64,000 nt of DNA, filler included, from Perkinsus olseni (GCA_013115125.1; 3 parts of 3 records of this genome joined end to end with filler, not necessarily neighbours in it); one strand, 5' to 3'. Numbered from the whole stretch's first letter, positions 48,615-63,074 are shown. Numbers and translations are program-made. Notes: a model not told the origin generated them from the sequence alone.

Positions 48615-49359
48615 CAGACAGATCTTGCTCAGCTCGCTCAGCGCTTCGCCGACGCTGGTCGGTCTGACAAGAAGTCCTCTTCTGCTGCTAAGCAGCAATC
48701 TGCACAGTGACAGTAGAGCAGTTGTGAGGATAACTTGCCTCTTTGTCACAAATACACTTATATAGGCTCTTACATATGAATTTAATTCTCCGACTTTTTC
48801 GTAATTGCAATTCGAGTTTTGTTGATGTGTGTACGAAGAAGTACTCAATGATCCGTTAGTGGGCCAACGTAACTTGACGGATGGCTGTGCCGTCATGACA
48901 CCATATAGAAATAGCTAGCAAAGCTGCTGTGATACAGCATGCATGATTGGAGCGCAGTCTAACGTGGTACTACGGCAGCTAATATCAAGTCGAGTGAAGC
49001 GATTCCAGTAAGCATAGTTGTCCCGACGGATTCTTTGAGACGCACGGTCCCTTCTCAAGCTTCTTAGATATACTCCGTTGTCCGTCAACGCAAAGAGATG
49101 ATTTCCGTTGTATCGAGGGAGTGGGCCAGGGGACCGATATCTACTATGCATGGCCGCCGCAGGCCCTCACTTCCTCACTGTCTCAATTCCACGCAAATGT
49201 CATCACATGTGAGTGCGGAAGCTTCGGAGGGCTCCAAGCCCATCTCCACTCAACGCAACAAACACTGTAAGTACAGGTAGCCGACACGTCATACTGCAGA
49301 TGAACACAAAGGAAAAATAGGACGCCGTGCTAGCTGTGTGCTAAGAGTTGAAGACGACT

Positions 49360-50997
49360 TCATTGGGGATTTTCACTACACTTCATCATCTCCGCAACAG
49401 TAATGAACTTATGCGACACTGCCTCCTCACTGACGTCAACTTGCCGGAGCCCGCACCTAGTCCGGCAACGCAGACAATGATCAATATGATACGGGAGCAA
49501 TCTTGCGAGCAACTCGAAGGCGGCTCCGCTCCTTACCGATTCTCGTCCATGACGAATTCCCCCATCCCACTGAGCTCCAAGGGGTCTGCTCCGGACCCGG
49601 TACTTGAATTTATCTGGCATCCTATAGCGGTAGTAGTGACGACTTCGAGACGATGTCCACAGGAATCGGTGTACCTGAACATATAGCGTCTACTGCGAGC
49701 GTCCATCGGCCCTGTAGGAGTCTCACCATCCTCCAGCGTTACGGTGATAATGACCAGCGAATATTGCCTTTACTCCCGCCTCTGAAGCGAGTCGTAACAG
49801 GCGTTTCCTAACCGGTAGCGGCATATTAAAGTAACCCTCATGCTCTTCAGGATCTCTTATAAAAGGTGAAACATGAGTCAGAAGTATCTGTAGGTCCATC
49901 CCGGTACACGGTACATCAGCTAGGCCGGCCAGCTTACTATGTGCGTATACTTGGCTGCAGATGCTTCCTTCAGGGTGCCTTCAAGCCATTCCCATTGCTT
50001 TTTGTCCAACTCCTCGCCATCATCCGGTCCGACCTCACCGTCACGAGCCTGTTTCGTTAGACCCCAGGGCAGGATCGAGTTGGTAACCACGAATAATACA
50101 CCGCCAACTACACCACAGCCGAAACTAACTTGACTGCTACATTCCAGCCGCGTAGTTACCCGTGAAAGTGTAGTAATCATCGCCGAAGTCCTTCGAGTAG
50201 AGTGCTATGGTCCGACTGTTGGGCCGGTTTCCGACATCGTGGTTGCCACAGAGGCATAGTAGAGGAATATCTTCGTCTATTTGGCCCATCAACTCTTTAT
50301 ACGATTGCACCTAGTCGACAGAGGGAGTCATCGTACGCTGAATCCTATTACGAAGAGGCGAGGGCCGAGTATTTCACGGCAAGGGATGGTTTGGCTGTTT
50401 TACCTGCTCTTTTCGAACGTCAGCTTGATCAGGCCAGGCGTTGATGAGGTCACCACATACCACCACAAACTTGGGCTTCAGTCTGTTTATGTAAGATATA
50501 GATCTTGAGGCCATCTCCACCTACAACACCACGAATCAGGAACACCTCCATCGAGTCCACCCATCGATCGAGTCGAGCCCGTCAACCACTCTTATCGTCT
50601 CTACAGGTTCGCGGCCATACAGCTGGCTGTGATACCGAGAGGAATGCACCACGCAGAGGTGGGGCCGTTATGCCGCGTGCCAGCAGCAGTGGCCGCGGCT
50701 CTACTGGCTCAGTATCCTCAGGTATTTCATGAATCCTCAACTGTACCGTTCTCGGGGCGCGTGGCATAACGGCCTCACTGTCGGCTTTGCTGAACGGCTT
50801 TACTCGCCGTTTAGTGCGGGAGGAGCCTCACTGGTGTGATCTCTGACTACCTCTTCGCTCCATTCTTCATCAGCGCGGTACATGCCCAGCTGAGTGTCCG
50901 CCATCTGCACGAAACTGAAGGGCCCCTGCCATTTGGTCGAAGGGCCTTCAGATGCAGCGTGCACTCTATCAGTCACCACTCGGAACCTTTCCGCCAT
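49360..50997 (-). CDS. CPPED1: Calcineurin-like metallophosphoesterase (CPPED1/CSTP1-like), spliced
   Basis: WQGPFSFVQMADTQLG, VVCGDL, LCGNHDVGN, FGDDYYTF, QWEWLE, AGHYHRNAGG, VVTTTAIG. Confidence 0.9.
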
Positions 50998-51407
50998 CAG
51001 TACAGAAGAGGCGCCAATCAGAGCAGAACTGCGGCAGAGAAGATTCGGCCCACCCAACAACGGTCAGCCAAAGAGATGGCTTGAAGACGGAAACGGGTAA
51101 CTTGGGCATGGCAGCAGAGGTCACATTTGGTATATTTCGGGTAACAACCAGTAGTTCCACATCGCCTTGCGAGCCCCTCCTTCAGCTGAGCTAATCTGAG
51201 CCTCGCGACTGCTCTTCCACACACCACCATTACGCAGGGGTCGGCGAATGGTGAGTGGGCGCAGGTTGGCTTTGACGTATCTACACCGCCACAAGAAGGG
51301 AGTGCAACAGGGCGACTGACGGCAGACGTGTTGCGTTCAGAAAGGCACCCGCCCCCCTCCTTACGGATCATCTGCCCGATTGTATCGCCTTCTTCGCATG
51401 TAAAGCA

Positions 51408-53147
51408 ATGGGCGTCTGTTCAACTTGGTCTCCTGCTGCCCACCTGTTGGCGCAAGCTTTCTCACAAGACACTCTCTTTGGCCCTACCCCTGCTGCCCAC
51501 GAACGTCCTCACTGCCTTGTGTAAAACGTGCTTATTGTCCGCATCCTTGGCACCAACACCATACCTACCACCGAGAGCTCGAGCTAGACGAACTCGAAGG
51601 CGCTACTCTTGACAGTAGTCTACGATGAGTGCGAGCTCTCGTGCTGTAGGCCGCCTCGAGGTCCTGGACGTCGGTCGGTATACAGCTACACGAGCCCAAG
51701 CAGCCATTGCGCTCATGAACCGCCTGATGCTGGGGATTTTGAGCCAGTGAAGAGGTTATTGCGTTACTTGTCTAGTCGTTTGTGCAGGCGAAGGAATTGC
51801 ATGAAGCTGACGGGGTCGGACACTTCATCGACGTGCAGCTCGTTGTAAAACTGGAGGGGGATGGATGAGCGTGGATGACAGCGAAAGGACACAAACACAC
51901 CTTGCTGGTTCTCCTACTAAGCTCGTCCCATATTGATCGCTCATAAGGCTTCCAAGAGTACTGCAGGGACGGAAGATACCTGCACCAGCAGCTGCCAAAC
52001 TAAGATGCATCGCTTCCTACTTGACTGTATCCCAGACTTCCTCAACAGGCATCATCTCAGCACACATCTTCATACGGCTATCCAAGGCAACATAGAAAGC
52101 AGAGTTGTCGTATCCCAGAGCTGCCATTGCCCCGACCAACTCGCAGCCATGAAGGTATCTAACGGTGAGAGTCATGGTGGAGAGCCGTCAAGAAGGGTAC
52201 CGTATGTTCTGGAGCTGATTATGCCTAATGGAAGCTGCTATTCTGTCTAACATTGCTGGGGACGATAGACCAATTCGAGCCATAGTCACCAAGAGCCCAG
52301 TAAGCTCATCGGGATACCTGAGCCAGGAGGCCGTCGGTGTGGCAGCATGTGGTGACACACAGCCTCACATGGCCGTGGTCTGCCGGACTAGCTGGTGCAT
52401 TACGTCTACATACAGGGCCTTAGGCCGTATGTTGAGGACTTCGAAAAGGCAGAGAGTGTCGATTAACGTACGAGGGCTCATTTGCTGAAGTGAGGGCGGC
52501 GTTAACAGGACACGGATCTGGCAGGGATACTACCGAGGTGCCGAGAGCATGGAGATGATCAGCTATGTTGAGGAACAGAATATCGAACCTGGTGAAGCCT
52601 GGTGCCGGGCCGCTGTCCCCAACACGTAGAATACCTCTGGTCCTGTGGTGATGCTCTCAGTGTAGCAATACTCTGAGCTATCGCTAATGCATCCCATAGC
52701 CTGAGCTCTCCTCTTTCCATGCTCTTCAATCGGTCCACTATCCCCGCTATGTTCTCCTGCCGGTCGTCTCTGGACTCTGCCAGATACCTAGGTTGCTAGA
52801 TACTGACTCCAAGGGCTGCCTTCCCCTCACTACTCAGCGAAACGGCGTAGGGACCCCGACTTGGCCGTGGGTAGCTGAGAAGGCGTTGATGGACACTGTA
52901 ACGCGGATGGACAATACTACCGCAGCTAGCTCAGCAGACAGACCCGGGCTCAGAGTAGGGCATCCTCGTTTAGAGACATTACGTGATGCCCGTGTAAGTC
53001 GAGTGGCGACTGATGATGTCATTCAAAACATGAAGAGACTTGACGACGACGCAAGATGACAACAATTTCGTGGCGCGCGACGCTGCTGAAGCTCCGCCGC
53101 AGTCGTCGTCGACTGCTAGTGCGGGTCCTAAGTGTGAAGTAGTGTAG
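51408..53147 (+). CDS. Hypothetical spliced protein (boundaries approximate)
   Basis: Chain of plus-strand ORF blocks separated by short GT-AG segments; no recognised domain. Confidence 0.3.
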
Positions 53148-53187
53148 ATCCATCGTGCATGCCTTTGAAGGATCTGCAAGCCTGTTG

Positions 53188-56100
53188 ATGCCATCCTCTG
53201 CTAGTGAGAGAGGGCAACACGGCGGGATGTGAACGTCATCAGCAACGACCGCTGCAGTACACCCGGGCAGCGAATGCTGGCACTGAGCAGCCTTGGCCCT
53301 CCTCAATCACGCTGTCATTCCCTTAGTTGTTTTATGCTATCGGCACAACCCAGCAGCCAATATTCAGAATGTTCTCGAACAGCTCAACAGAGGAGGCCCG
53401 ATCCTAGGAGGATTCCACGGGCTGCCGATAAGGTACTATCATATTGAAGCTGGAGGGGTGATGAGGAGGGGTTCCTGTGCGTTCAAGAAATAGAGTCCGA
53501 TAGCGAGTCCCAACCTGCAATACAGCAACTGAGCATGGCGACTTGTTCGGTTCGTCGATAGTAAAACCAACTCCCTAGCGTCGATAGGAACATTAACTTC
53601 GATAGCATCTTCACGACATGTTCGCATAGGGCTGGCTTATCAGACAACGCAGTTGCGATCGCTCTCCGAATGTGATTCCCTAGAGGCAGTAGCGTCGATT
53701 TTGGAGAGGGGATAGACGTGAGGCTGTTGTTAGCACGAGAGAAGCCTGCGGGAGAGGAGTCGTGGTCGGCCTGCGGCGTTCAAGCTCATCACACCGGCGA
53801 ATCTCGAGGATTTGGCCGGCCAAACATAAAGGCTCAAAGAATCAGTGAGGAAGCTGGATACCAAGTAAAGATTACACCACTGCTCTCCTCTTGCACGCTA
53901 CTATCTGTAGATTTTCTGTCCCGTGGGAGGATGTGCGGGGAGCAGATCAACAACAGCTATATCATATCCAGGTAAGAGGCAGTGGTCCGCTGCTAGAGAC
54001 ATCTCCTTCGACCAGGCCGCCACGTCTGTAGAGATGCTCAAGGCAGCACTGGCAGCGGATGAATCCCAAGCTGCGCTACTGCCTAGTCCAGAAGGTACTA
54101 TTCAATCCTCGTTGCAGCCGCCAAGGAGCAAGGGGCGAGGAAACTAGTCTTTAAGGATCTTTTTATACCGTCGCGTCAGGCTCCCAGGCTGTCACGCCGC
54201 TAGAACCAGCGTCCCCATCTCCGCCATCACCTGGGTCGGAGTCGATTCACAACCCCCTTGATTTGGTACCAGCACTTGGTCGCCACGGTGGCTGTGGTGG
54301 TAAGGCAGGGACCCTACCGGCCGTTGGTAGGGGGCACTTCCCGCTCAGATGGTCCCCCTGTTAACACCGTCATCTTCGACGACTCCGCCGATACCACTCC
54401 TGAACCGTCTATTCTGAGTACCGGCAGCGCGACTGAAGCGCTCCCTGGCGTCGATGATCAGGGCGATGGTAATAGCAAATCTTCACGCTGGGGAACGGGC
54501 CCAGAGTGATGGAATTCAGATACGGTCTCTCGGAGCGGGTCAGTGTCTAGCTTTACGGCGCGCGGTAAAAGCATCACGGGGCTGCATGTAAGTTTGGACG
54601 CTTCATATTCGTTTTCGGACATCTAAGCAGGTTCGTCATCGTCTAAAGAGTATCTTCAACAGGGACAGGCGTGATTCTGCCGGGAATGAGCTCACTGCCA
54701 GCGGGCAGGCATCGATACCAGTGGTGCCCCTGCTCACCAGCGTCCCCTTTTCCAGGACTTCATGTGTGAGTGTAGATCGAGAGAAAATGGGCAGTTAGAG
54801 TTGTTGTTGGCCAGGTTCTGCAACTCAGCGAGATGAGCCTTCCGATCGACTGTGTAGTATCCCAGCTTGCCGTTTGTGAGGCCTCCGGGGACGTTGCTGC
54901 TGGTAATAGACTGGACGGTGTAAGGCCCCGCTAGGGACAGCGTTCTCTCGGGAGGATGGATATGCTACCCGCCGTGTGCTACACTTCGACTCGCCTCAGT
55001 GAACTCTCACGACAATCGGCCGATGTTTTTGTTTGACAAGATAGATGAAACGCGTGCGTGCGACGTTGCGCCTCGTTTCCATGGTGTCGCCGAGAAAATT
55101 CTCACTATGATTATCATCATCCTCGATGCGGATATTTCCGGTCCACATCATCATCAGGCTGCACCAGTGGCGAGATCTATCTTTGGATCAGAGAGTACGG
55201 CTCGGTGTATACCAAGAACGCCGAAACCGTATTGAAGGGTAGTGCTAGTAACGGGCTATCATGCTAGTTGCACGCCGACGATGTGACTACTGATCAGGCC
55301 ACGTTGACAGTATAACCTGCTTGCACTGGGCAGCCCAGGGCGAGCTCATGAGTTGCTCCTTGGATGCTTCCACCTCCATTTGGTTGCCGAGAGAGTCTAA
55401 CCCGAACCCCATCCACACATTACACCACTTTGCACATAGCAGCTCCTCTCATAACCAGGGGGCTTTGATACCTACCTATGCTAGTAAGTCGGTGCTTAGG
55501 CGGTGTAGGCGGACATCGGTGGGATAGGTACGGCGGCTGGATCGAAGGGCTCCACTAACAGGCTTCTTATGATAGCCTGCGCAGATGGGACCATTGAAAT
55601 GTACTGCTTTTGCGGTATGATAGCGCGATTCAAGTTTCAATCTAGTTACTCTATGGGAGACGATGCGACGCCTTATCTGAGGCATCGCGTGAAGATCGAT
55701 CAGATGGCGACATGCGTGGCGCTGTCTCCGGACGGTAGGTTCATTGTCATAGGATGATCCTATTAGGATCATTCTCATTGTTACTCACGATCGTGATGAC
55801 CAGGCTCCCAGATAGCAGTCGGATCAGCAGTTGGGACGGTATCATTGTTTTTGATGAAGTCCTTGAGGGGCGAGGGTGTATTAGACTGCCGGAATAGAGC
55901 AGGAAAGCTCCGTAATGGGAGGAAGGTGACCTCCATACAGTGGGATTCCTCGGGACGGAGGTGAGTCCTGCTTGCTGTTGCTGTGGAGAGGGTAGTCGCT
56001 ATGGCGTCAGGTTACTGGTGTGTTGCGGAGACTCTCGGGTGAGGATAGTGCATCTCAGAGATCTATCGAAAAGGACTAAGTTCAAGTCACCGCTTTACTA

Positions 56101-57167
56101 CAGCAACCAGAGCATGATGCTGATGGCTGTATGGTCAGCTGGACCAGCGAAGAGGGTTCTTTCTGTTGGAGAGACTGGGTGGTAAGTCCTTTCAGCATGA
56201 AGCGTATAGCATTTGAGTACTTGCCCTAATCCGTCCTCATGGCGTCCTATTTGATCTAAGTTCATTCTACTGACTACTTACTCATCTCCGGGGCTGATTC
56301 ACGGCCATCTCGGTGTAACCGTTTCAAGGTTCTGTGGGTGGAACGTGGATTATGCTGCCAAGGACACCAACCAGACCCCCCTTGTATGCCATCTGTTAGA
56401 TGGTATTGGTAAGATGCCTGTGTTCACCAGTTCTGGCAGTGATATAACTGTTATGCAGGTCGACGACAGTCCGAAAGGGCAGGGTCCATAACGCCGCCTG
56501 AGTCGCCCTCCTTGCAACCCCTGCATCCATCACAGCCTCTCGCATCGCCACGTCACGCGTCGAACTCGCAGTCCGGCCCGGTCTCCTGTACGGCATCTTT
56601 CGTTTGTAAGCAACCGTCCGTCCCACCGCTCCAGAGTCACAAGTATCCTCCAGGCCCGGTGAAGCAATCACTGGCTGGTCACCCCTTGGTTGATACGGTC
56701 TTCGGTAGAGTCGGCCGCAGTGCTGAAAGTAGCCGCAACCGTCTGAGGTTGGATGAGGGCATCTTGCTCTCCTTCAGATTTTTCCCTCCTTGCTATTGCC
56801 ACCACGAACGGTGTGATTCGTCTTTGCCTCGATCTGACGGCTCCTGAATGGCAACAGGATCGAGCTCACCGCCACCGGCTACCCATCGGCCATAGCGCCT
56901 TCGACATCCTCTCATCTCGGTCGAGCTAAGCCCACCGATCTCTGCCTCCACAATTTTTGTAACCATCATTTCATTGCCATGCATGTGAATGAATATCCCA
57001 CTGCCCCCACCGGTATATCGCACAGATGCAGCATCAGGATCAGCAGCAATCCCTTCTATTACGCCCCAGGCGGTGGTCGACTGTGTTCGGCCACACTGGG
57101 CGTTGTGACTTATTATCAACCTCTGATGAATCTGACGGAGAGTGTTGTTATGCTACCAGCTGTTTAA
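53188..57167 (+). CDS. WD40-repeat protein, WDR44-like (5' boundary uncertain)
   Basis: HADDVT..LHW..LMSCSLDASTSIW; MATCVALSPDG; RNGRKVTSIQW; LLVCCGDSRVRI..KFK. Confidence 0.65.
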
Positions 57168-57279
57168 CGCTGCATTTCCGCTTCATCTGTGGTGGCGTCC
57201 TTGAGTCGTAGTAGCGGAATGCCGGTGTGGTATCTGAGGCATCCGAGTTACTTTGTTTTTCGAGGACGCACGACCGTCT

Positions 57280-58172
57280 ATGTCCACTACTGCTACTACC
57301 ACGACCACAACCGCCCCACCACAGAGGGAAGCTGCTGATACCATCGCCCCGTCCGCTGGTATCGACACCTACGACTACCATACCAAGGAGCAGGGCGATG
57401 TTCTGAGAGACACCCAGCTGCGTTACCTCGCCTTCGCGCAGCGCATCCTTCGTGTTGTGAGTGATGATGGGTATCTCGCTGTCTCTCATCCCGCCCTTGC
57501 AGGTCGCGCCCTCAGCCAAGCAAGTGAGGTATTTGGCCTTCACTTCTGATGTGGGGGAGGCCTTCCGTCCCGTAGTGCCCAGATGGATCGTCAACGCCTC
57601 CTATGCCACTACTGTTGGCTACATCTTCGTAAGGGAGTAGCAACCCGTCAGATCGTTCTTGGACGCTCCTCCGCGTTAGGGTGATATCGGTTACTCCACC
57701 TGGCTAGAGTATAAGCGCACGAAGGACCTTGCTGACCATAAGATTCGCGTTTGGACGGCGGCTGCTAAGGCTACCACCTTCCAGATGGTGGCCAGCTTAG
57801 CACTTCCTTTCGCCATTATGTAAGGCTGCTGCTCTGGGAGATACGCTGTGTGATAGCTCATGCCCCCTTCTCCTCTCCTCAGTCATTCCACTGTTCATTA
57901 CTCTGGTGTTATGCTGCGGCGTATGGCAGTTAAGAACACACGACTGCTCCAGATGGGCCCTACCATGATCGGCTTGGCTATTGTTCCTTGTAAGTGGTGA
58001 CACGCCTCTGTATCACCACGCACGGTGCCGCGGCGGACTTCGCTTTCTCTCTTCAGTCCTCCCCATCGTGTGCGATAAGCCTATCGAGCATGGCGTTGAT
58101 CTCATATTCGAGAAGTGGGGTCCGAAGATAGCCAGCGAGGAATCTGCCCGGGCCAAAGAGAAGGCGGAGTAA
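57280..58172 (+). CDS. MTFP1: Mitochondrial fission process protein 1 (MTP18 family), spliced
   Basis: DVLRDTQLRYLAF, RYLAFTSDVGEAFRPVVP, FQMVASLALP, PIVCDKPIEHGVD. Confidence 0.85.
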
Positions 58173-58316
58173 CTCTCTCACCTAGACCTGCGATGATAAT
58201 AACGACAGTGTTTATCGTTACTATGCTTATGTTAAGAATACACTCGAACCTTTTTGCTCAACGGTGTGTGGCCTGTTGGGTTACCCTTTGTTAATTCATT
58301 CGTCTGTTAGTTCAGT

Positions 58317-60029
58317 ATGAGCTGGAACCCTGTACCGGGTGGTACGCTGTCCCAGCATGCCTCAGCAGCAACAGGGGGAGGTGCGCCTTCGGCTGCTGAG
58401 GTGGCTGTACTGCGTGGTAAAATCCTCAGCATGGAACAGGAGATGCAGTCCCTGAGGGCGCAGAGGGACAGTGTTAGGACCATCGAGGTGGGCCGCCATC
58501 ACCATCATGAGTTCACCTGCCATCGCTCTGGGTTACGGCAGGTTGAGAACGAGCGTTTGAAAAATCAAATTTCGGCCCTGCAGAAGGCGGCTTCCAAGGA
58601 GAGGGCCGACGCTCTCGAGCTTCAGCGGAAGGCGATGGCAACTGGTGACGTCACTTCAGAATGTTACCAAACCATCCTCTACCCCTACCAGGGCCTCCCG
58701 CTGCGCCACCGACGCCGCAGTCTCAGTTCCCCACGTACCAGCAGCAGCCAAGTCAGCCGTCGATGCCCGCGGGCGCCTCGCCTCGGACGCAATTCTCCCA
58801 AGCACCACCTAGCCGGCCATACGCGACCGACCATAGCCGACAAATGGGTCCGACCCAATTTCAGGATAGGACAACTCCCAGCGTGGGTCAGCGGTCAGAT
58901 TATCACTGTCACCTGGGATGCTTCAGCGCACGTCCCCTATACCCTCCTCGTCACCACAGTTGATTCGGCACCCCACGGTGGCGGTCCCTTCTCGAGGCAC
59001 CAGTGTCAAAGCCTCGAGAACGGTCTCCGAGGCGTCCGTGCGGCAGCCTCTCCCTCAGCCCCTCAGCGAGCGAAAGGTTGGTGATCGCGTCCGATGTCGT
59101 TGTCTTCTTTCCCCTTCAGATGCGTTTCATCGAGCGAGCAGCCATTGCTTTGGAGGACTGCAAGAAGAAGAACTTCGGGGAGGGCGTCCACCCTGCCGTG
59201 AAAACTGAACATCTACAACGCCTCCTGCACAGTCTACAGAGGGGAGAGGCCCGCGCTGAGATCAATGCCAAGTGCAGAGCTGAGACTCTCGGTCTTGGGA
59301 GTAATGGCCGGCAGTTCCTGGAGGTCCTCGCTCTTCTCGTACCGGTCGATTCTGAACTTTTGGACGGTCTTCCTCTGGCTGCGATGGCTGGTACTTTGGG
59401 TTACCAGTCAGAGACGATGGAGCGGGTGGCAGCGAAACTGATAGCAGATGGTGATGGTAGAAGCTTCTTCGAGCCCTTGCGTTCTGGAGATGAGGCCGAC
59501 AGGGTGGCGTTGCTACAACTCCTGTCTCGAGTGTTGAGGGGCCATCGAGGCAGCAGCTCTGAGTTGCTGGTGGAATCACTGAAGAGAGAGACAGACTCAC
59601 AGCACAGCCTCCTGACACTCAGTATGTCTGGGGCTTCGGTTTCAGTTGAAGATCGTCTGAGCGGCTTCTCGTCTTTTCCCATCAGCATCAGAGTTCATCG
59701 ACTCGGCCGAGGCTCCCATCCCTTCCAATACGTGCCTACACGTCCTCTATTTTCTCTCCTCGATGGCAGCTGAGGACAGCATAGAGTATATCATGTCAGC
59801 GAGGGTACTGCGCGTTACGAACTTCCCGCCCGCATGTCGCTTTGTCAGCCCAGCGCTCCTGGCGGGGGAACGCGGCCAAACATCGCCTGTCGTGTGGGGA
59901 TACTCGCTTTCCAGCTATCACTGCAAGAGATGGAATTCAGGTCTCGCAGGCCTGCATAGCCTGGTGATTACGCATTCCCCTCTTTCTCAGAACGCTCTCT
60001 CGTCTGCCCGGCTCCGTCATCTACAATGA
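58317..60029 (+). CDS. Hypothetical protein with an N-terminal coiled coil and helical C-terminus (spliced)
   Basis: ATG at 58317; LRGKILSMEQEMQSLRAQRD..ENERLKNQISALQK; long ORF block 59003-59773. Confidence 0.45.
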
Positions 60030-60635
60030 GTACCAGGCAACGGCGTACCTGCGAAATAGCATTTTCAGAACTGCTATTCACTTGGTGATCTCCGAGTCTC
60101 ACTAGTTAGCGTTCACTGTTCCTGCCTCAGTTGTCATCTTTAGCGGCTGTGTGCCTCCAGAAGCGTGCTTCCTATACGAAAAGAGAGATACCAGCTGAAT
60201 GCGAGGCCGACTGTCAGGGTATCTCGAACATTGACTCCTCGAAGCGCTAAGCATGCTATCCTCCGCGATTCTCTTACGCTGAAGAGAATCTCCTCGGTTG
60301 CCTCGGTTTTGCTTACCTTTTCGCCTAACTTATTCTCTGCAGGTACGTCGGGGACACGCTGCAATTGCTTAGCGTCGTACTTCGGCAAGTACCGTTGGGT
60401 TATAATCTCTTTGTTGTCTGCTCTGAGGCTGATTGCGAGGGATCCGCTGGGCCACTGTGAGCCTATCAAAGACTTCACAATAATGATTCGGTGAGAACTT
60501 TCGTGCGCGAATCACATACTGACGCCTCGTGTATCTACCGTTGGGTACCCGTGAAGGGCTCACTGCTAATGACTGCTCTCTGCTCATCTGGCCTTTGACC
60601 ATGTCCGGCTCGGGATTGCTAGCACTCGTGCGCGC

Positions 60636-60708
60636 GGTTTCTATGGTGTAACGGTTAGCACTCCAGACTCTGAATCTGGCGATCTGGGTTCAAATCCCGG
60701 TAGAACCT
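60636..60708 (+). tRNA. trnQ: tRNA-Gln (CTG)
   Basis: TGGTGTAACGG A-box; anticodon arm CCAGA-CTCTGAA-TCTGG; T-arm CTGGG-TTCAAAT-CCCGG; 3' end TAGAACCT. Confidence 0.9.
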
Positions 60709-61057
60709 TCTCTCTGTCCTGTCCCTACTGAATCCGAGATGATTTACAGCGTTCTTGTTGAAGGTGTGAACTTATGAAGGAGTTGAAATTTATTAAAGAG
60801 TGGTTACGCAGCAATGGAGAATATGAACTAGACACAAATCTCACTCTCGGTTATGATGACGACAAGAAGATTCGATAAGAGAAACCAGGTTTCTTTGCAC
60901 CGTATGATTTGCGTTGCGGTATAGTTGCTCGAGTGCTGAAATATTCACCATTGGAAGGGGATTATTAAATCCTCAAGACTTCCGTATTGAACACAACACC
61001 TCTCGAGGATTTTACGGTGAGTTTTTAGCAGAAACTCTATTTTAACAACACCAGTGT

Positions 61058-62297
61058 TTAAGCCTTCATAGCGGTCTGAATCTCCTCCCAAACCTAAGAA
61101 AGCGAATACAGCGTGTGGGTTAGTGTTTGGGCAGTTAAGTCTACGCATTACCTTCTCCATGCCCTGATTGGCGTTCACGTGCTTGACGACACCAGTGGGA
61201 GCGTAGTGGGCAACGATGGGCTCGGTTTGCGAATGATAAGCAGACAACCTGACAACGAGCGAATGATGGGGACAATCGGCAAGACTTGTGCAGACCGGTT
61301 CAATGTCATCATTGGCGAATAGACGGAACGCAGGACTACCTGGTCTTGAGTGCATCAGCAGTATCGTCAGGACGCTGGATGAGAGCCTCGCCGGTCACAT
61401 CGTCGAGCATATTGCTGGCGTCGGGTGTGACACCAGCGGGAAGAGATTTCGGAGGGTTGAACCTGTCCAAAGAAGCCTGATGTAACAGCGTATAAGGCTG
61501 AAACTATTCCACAGTGATACTGTGGCAGTGTAGTCTCGCCCCCGATACGCATCCAAGCGCTCACGTACTTGACATGGTAAGAGCGTCCACTAGGCTTGTG
61601 GATCCATCGGCCGCAGATCCTCTCTTCAAGGACCGAGTCGGGCAAATCGAGAACGATCACCTGTACATGTTAGACATGGGGCTTAGCGGAGGAGTACCGC
61701 TGCCCACTCGGACGAGCAGTAATTCGAATTCATGCTACAATCTATACCACTAGCCATATCACCTTGGTAACACGCTCTTCATTCTCAGCAAGCATGGCAT
61801 CGAGAGCGCTGGCTTGCTCAACAGTTCGCGGGAAACCATCGAGAATGAATCCCCAACCGGCATCCATCTCCTGGATCCTGATCAGACACCAAGTTCAGCA
61901 CAGCGATGAAGGACAGTAGATTCTGCTTTCAGGCTGGCCTTCAGTTTTTTATTACCTGTCCTTAATGATTCCGATAACAATGTCATCGCTGACGAGCTCG
62001 CCGCGTGCCATCACATCCTTAGCCTTAAGTCCAATGGGGGTCTCAGCGGCAACGGCAGCACGGAGCATGTCACCGGTAGAGAGCTGAGGGATCTTGTAGG
62101 CTGAAAATTCACACGTAAGTCGCGCATGGCATCACACGAGCTTCAACCGCGAACGGTCCGAAACGTCTCATCTTCGTATTACTTTCTTCCATCTTGGGTC
62201 CCTGAGTTCCCTTACCGGCACCCGGGGGTCCGAAAAGGATGACGATCTTTCTCCACTGCTTGGGGGGCTGTTCAGAACCACGGAGATTGGCGGACAT
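61058..62297 (-). CDS. ADK: Adenylate kinase (spliced)
   Basis: [74 protein letters not shown]. Confidence 0.95.
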
Positions 62298-63074
62298 ATC
62301 TATCGATTGGAAGGAAGAAAACTGACGGTTCCGATTCAGTAGACTCTTCCGAGAGCGTCGAGTATTCCAATTCGAAAACAAAATTCGACATTTTACCTCT
62401 GCAATTAGCGAAGCATCAAACCTCAGCTGTTCAAAAGAGACGCCACAACCCCTCCTCATCACTCCCTGATCCGACGTACTAAAAACGACTGGGCTTGCAT
62501 GTACTTGACTGAATTTGAAAAACTTGCGTGAATTCTTTGGGAAAGCCTTCTTGATGACCCGCAACATCATATCATCTTCGTCGAATAGTCGTGTGCATAT
62601 GTGTTTCGCTATGAACTCGATTAGGGGGCGTTGTGAGAATCACAGTAAAAGCGCATCTTCTTTAGCGCGCGCCCGTTGCTCGCTCAAGGTTATTGCCATG
62701 CACGGTTTCGCATTGTGTTCTGCTGAATCGCCAGAACGACTGCATCGGATGCAGTCGATGAGAATGACTCATTTCCCACGATTGCGTGAATGCATCTGCA
62801 CTCGAATGATTCGATTAGGGAGCTCTCGATTAGATTGCTTTTACCGATATCCTTCAATTATGTGGAGGACCTCGGCGATGGGGTTGCGATAACCAGAGGG
62901 AATGCTCGGGTCGACCGAGCTGTCCCTCTCGTGGTCCTTAATTGACCAATAAACTCAATACCGAGCTCCGCTCTTTGGTAGAACAATGAAGAACAAGGGG
63001 CACGGAGTCTCCCCGTCACCTCGCCGTCGTTGGTAGTCCAGGCGGTCGAGGGGGTCTACAAACTACCTCTCGAG

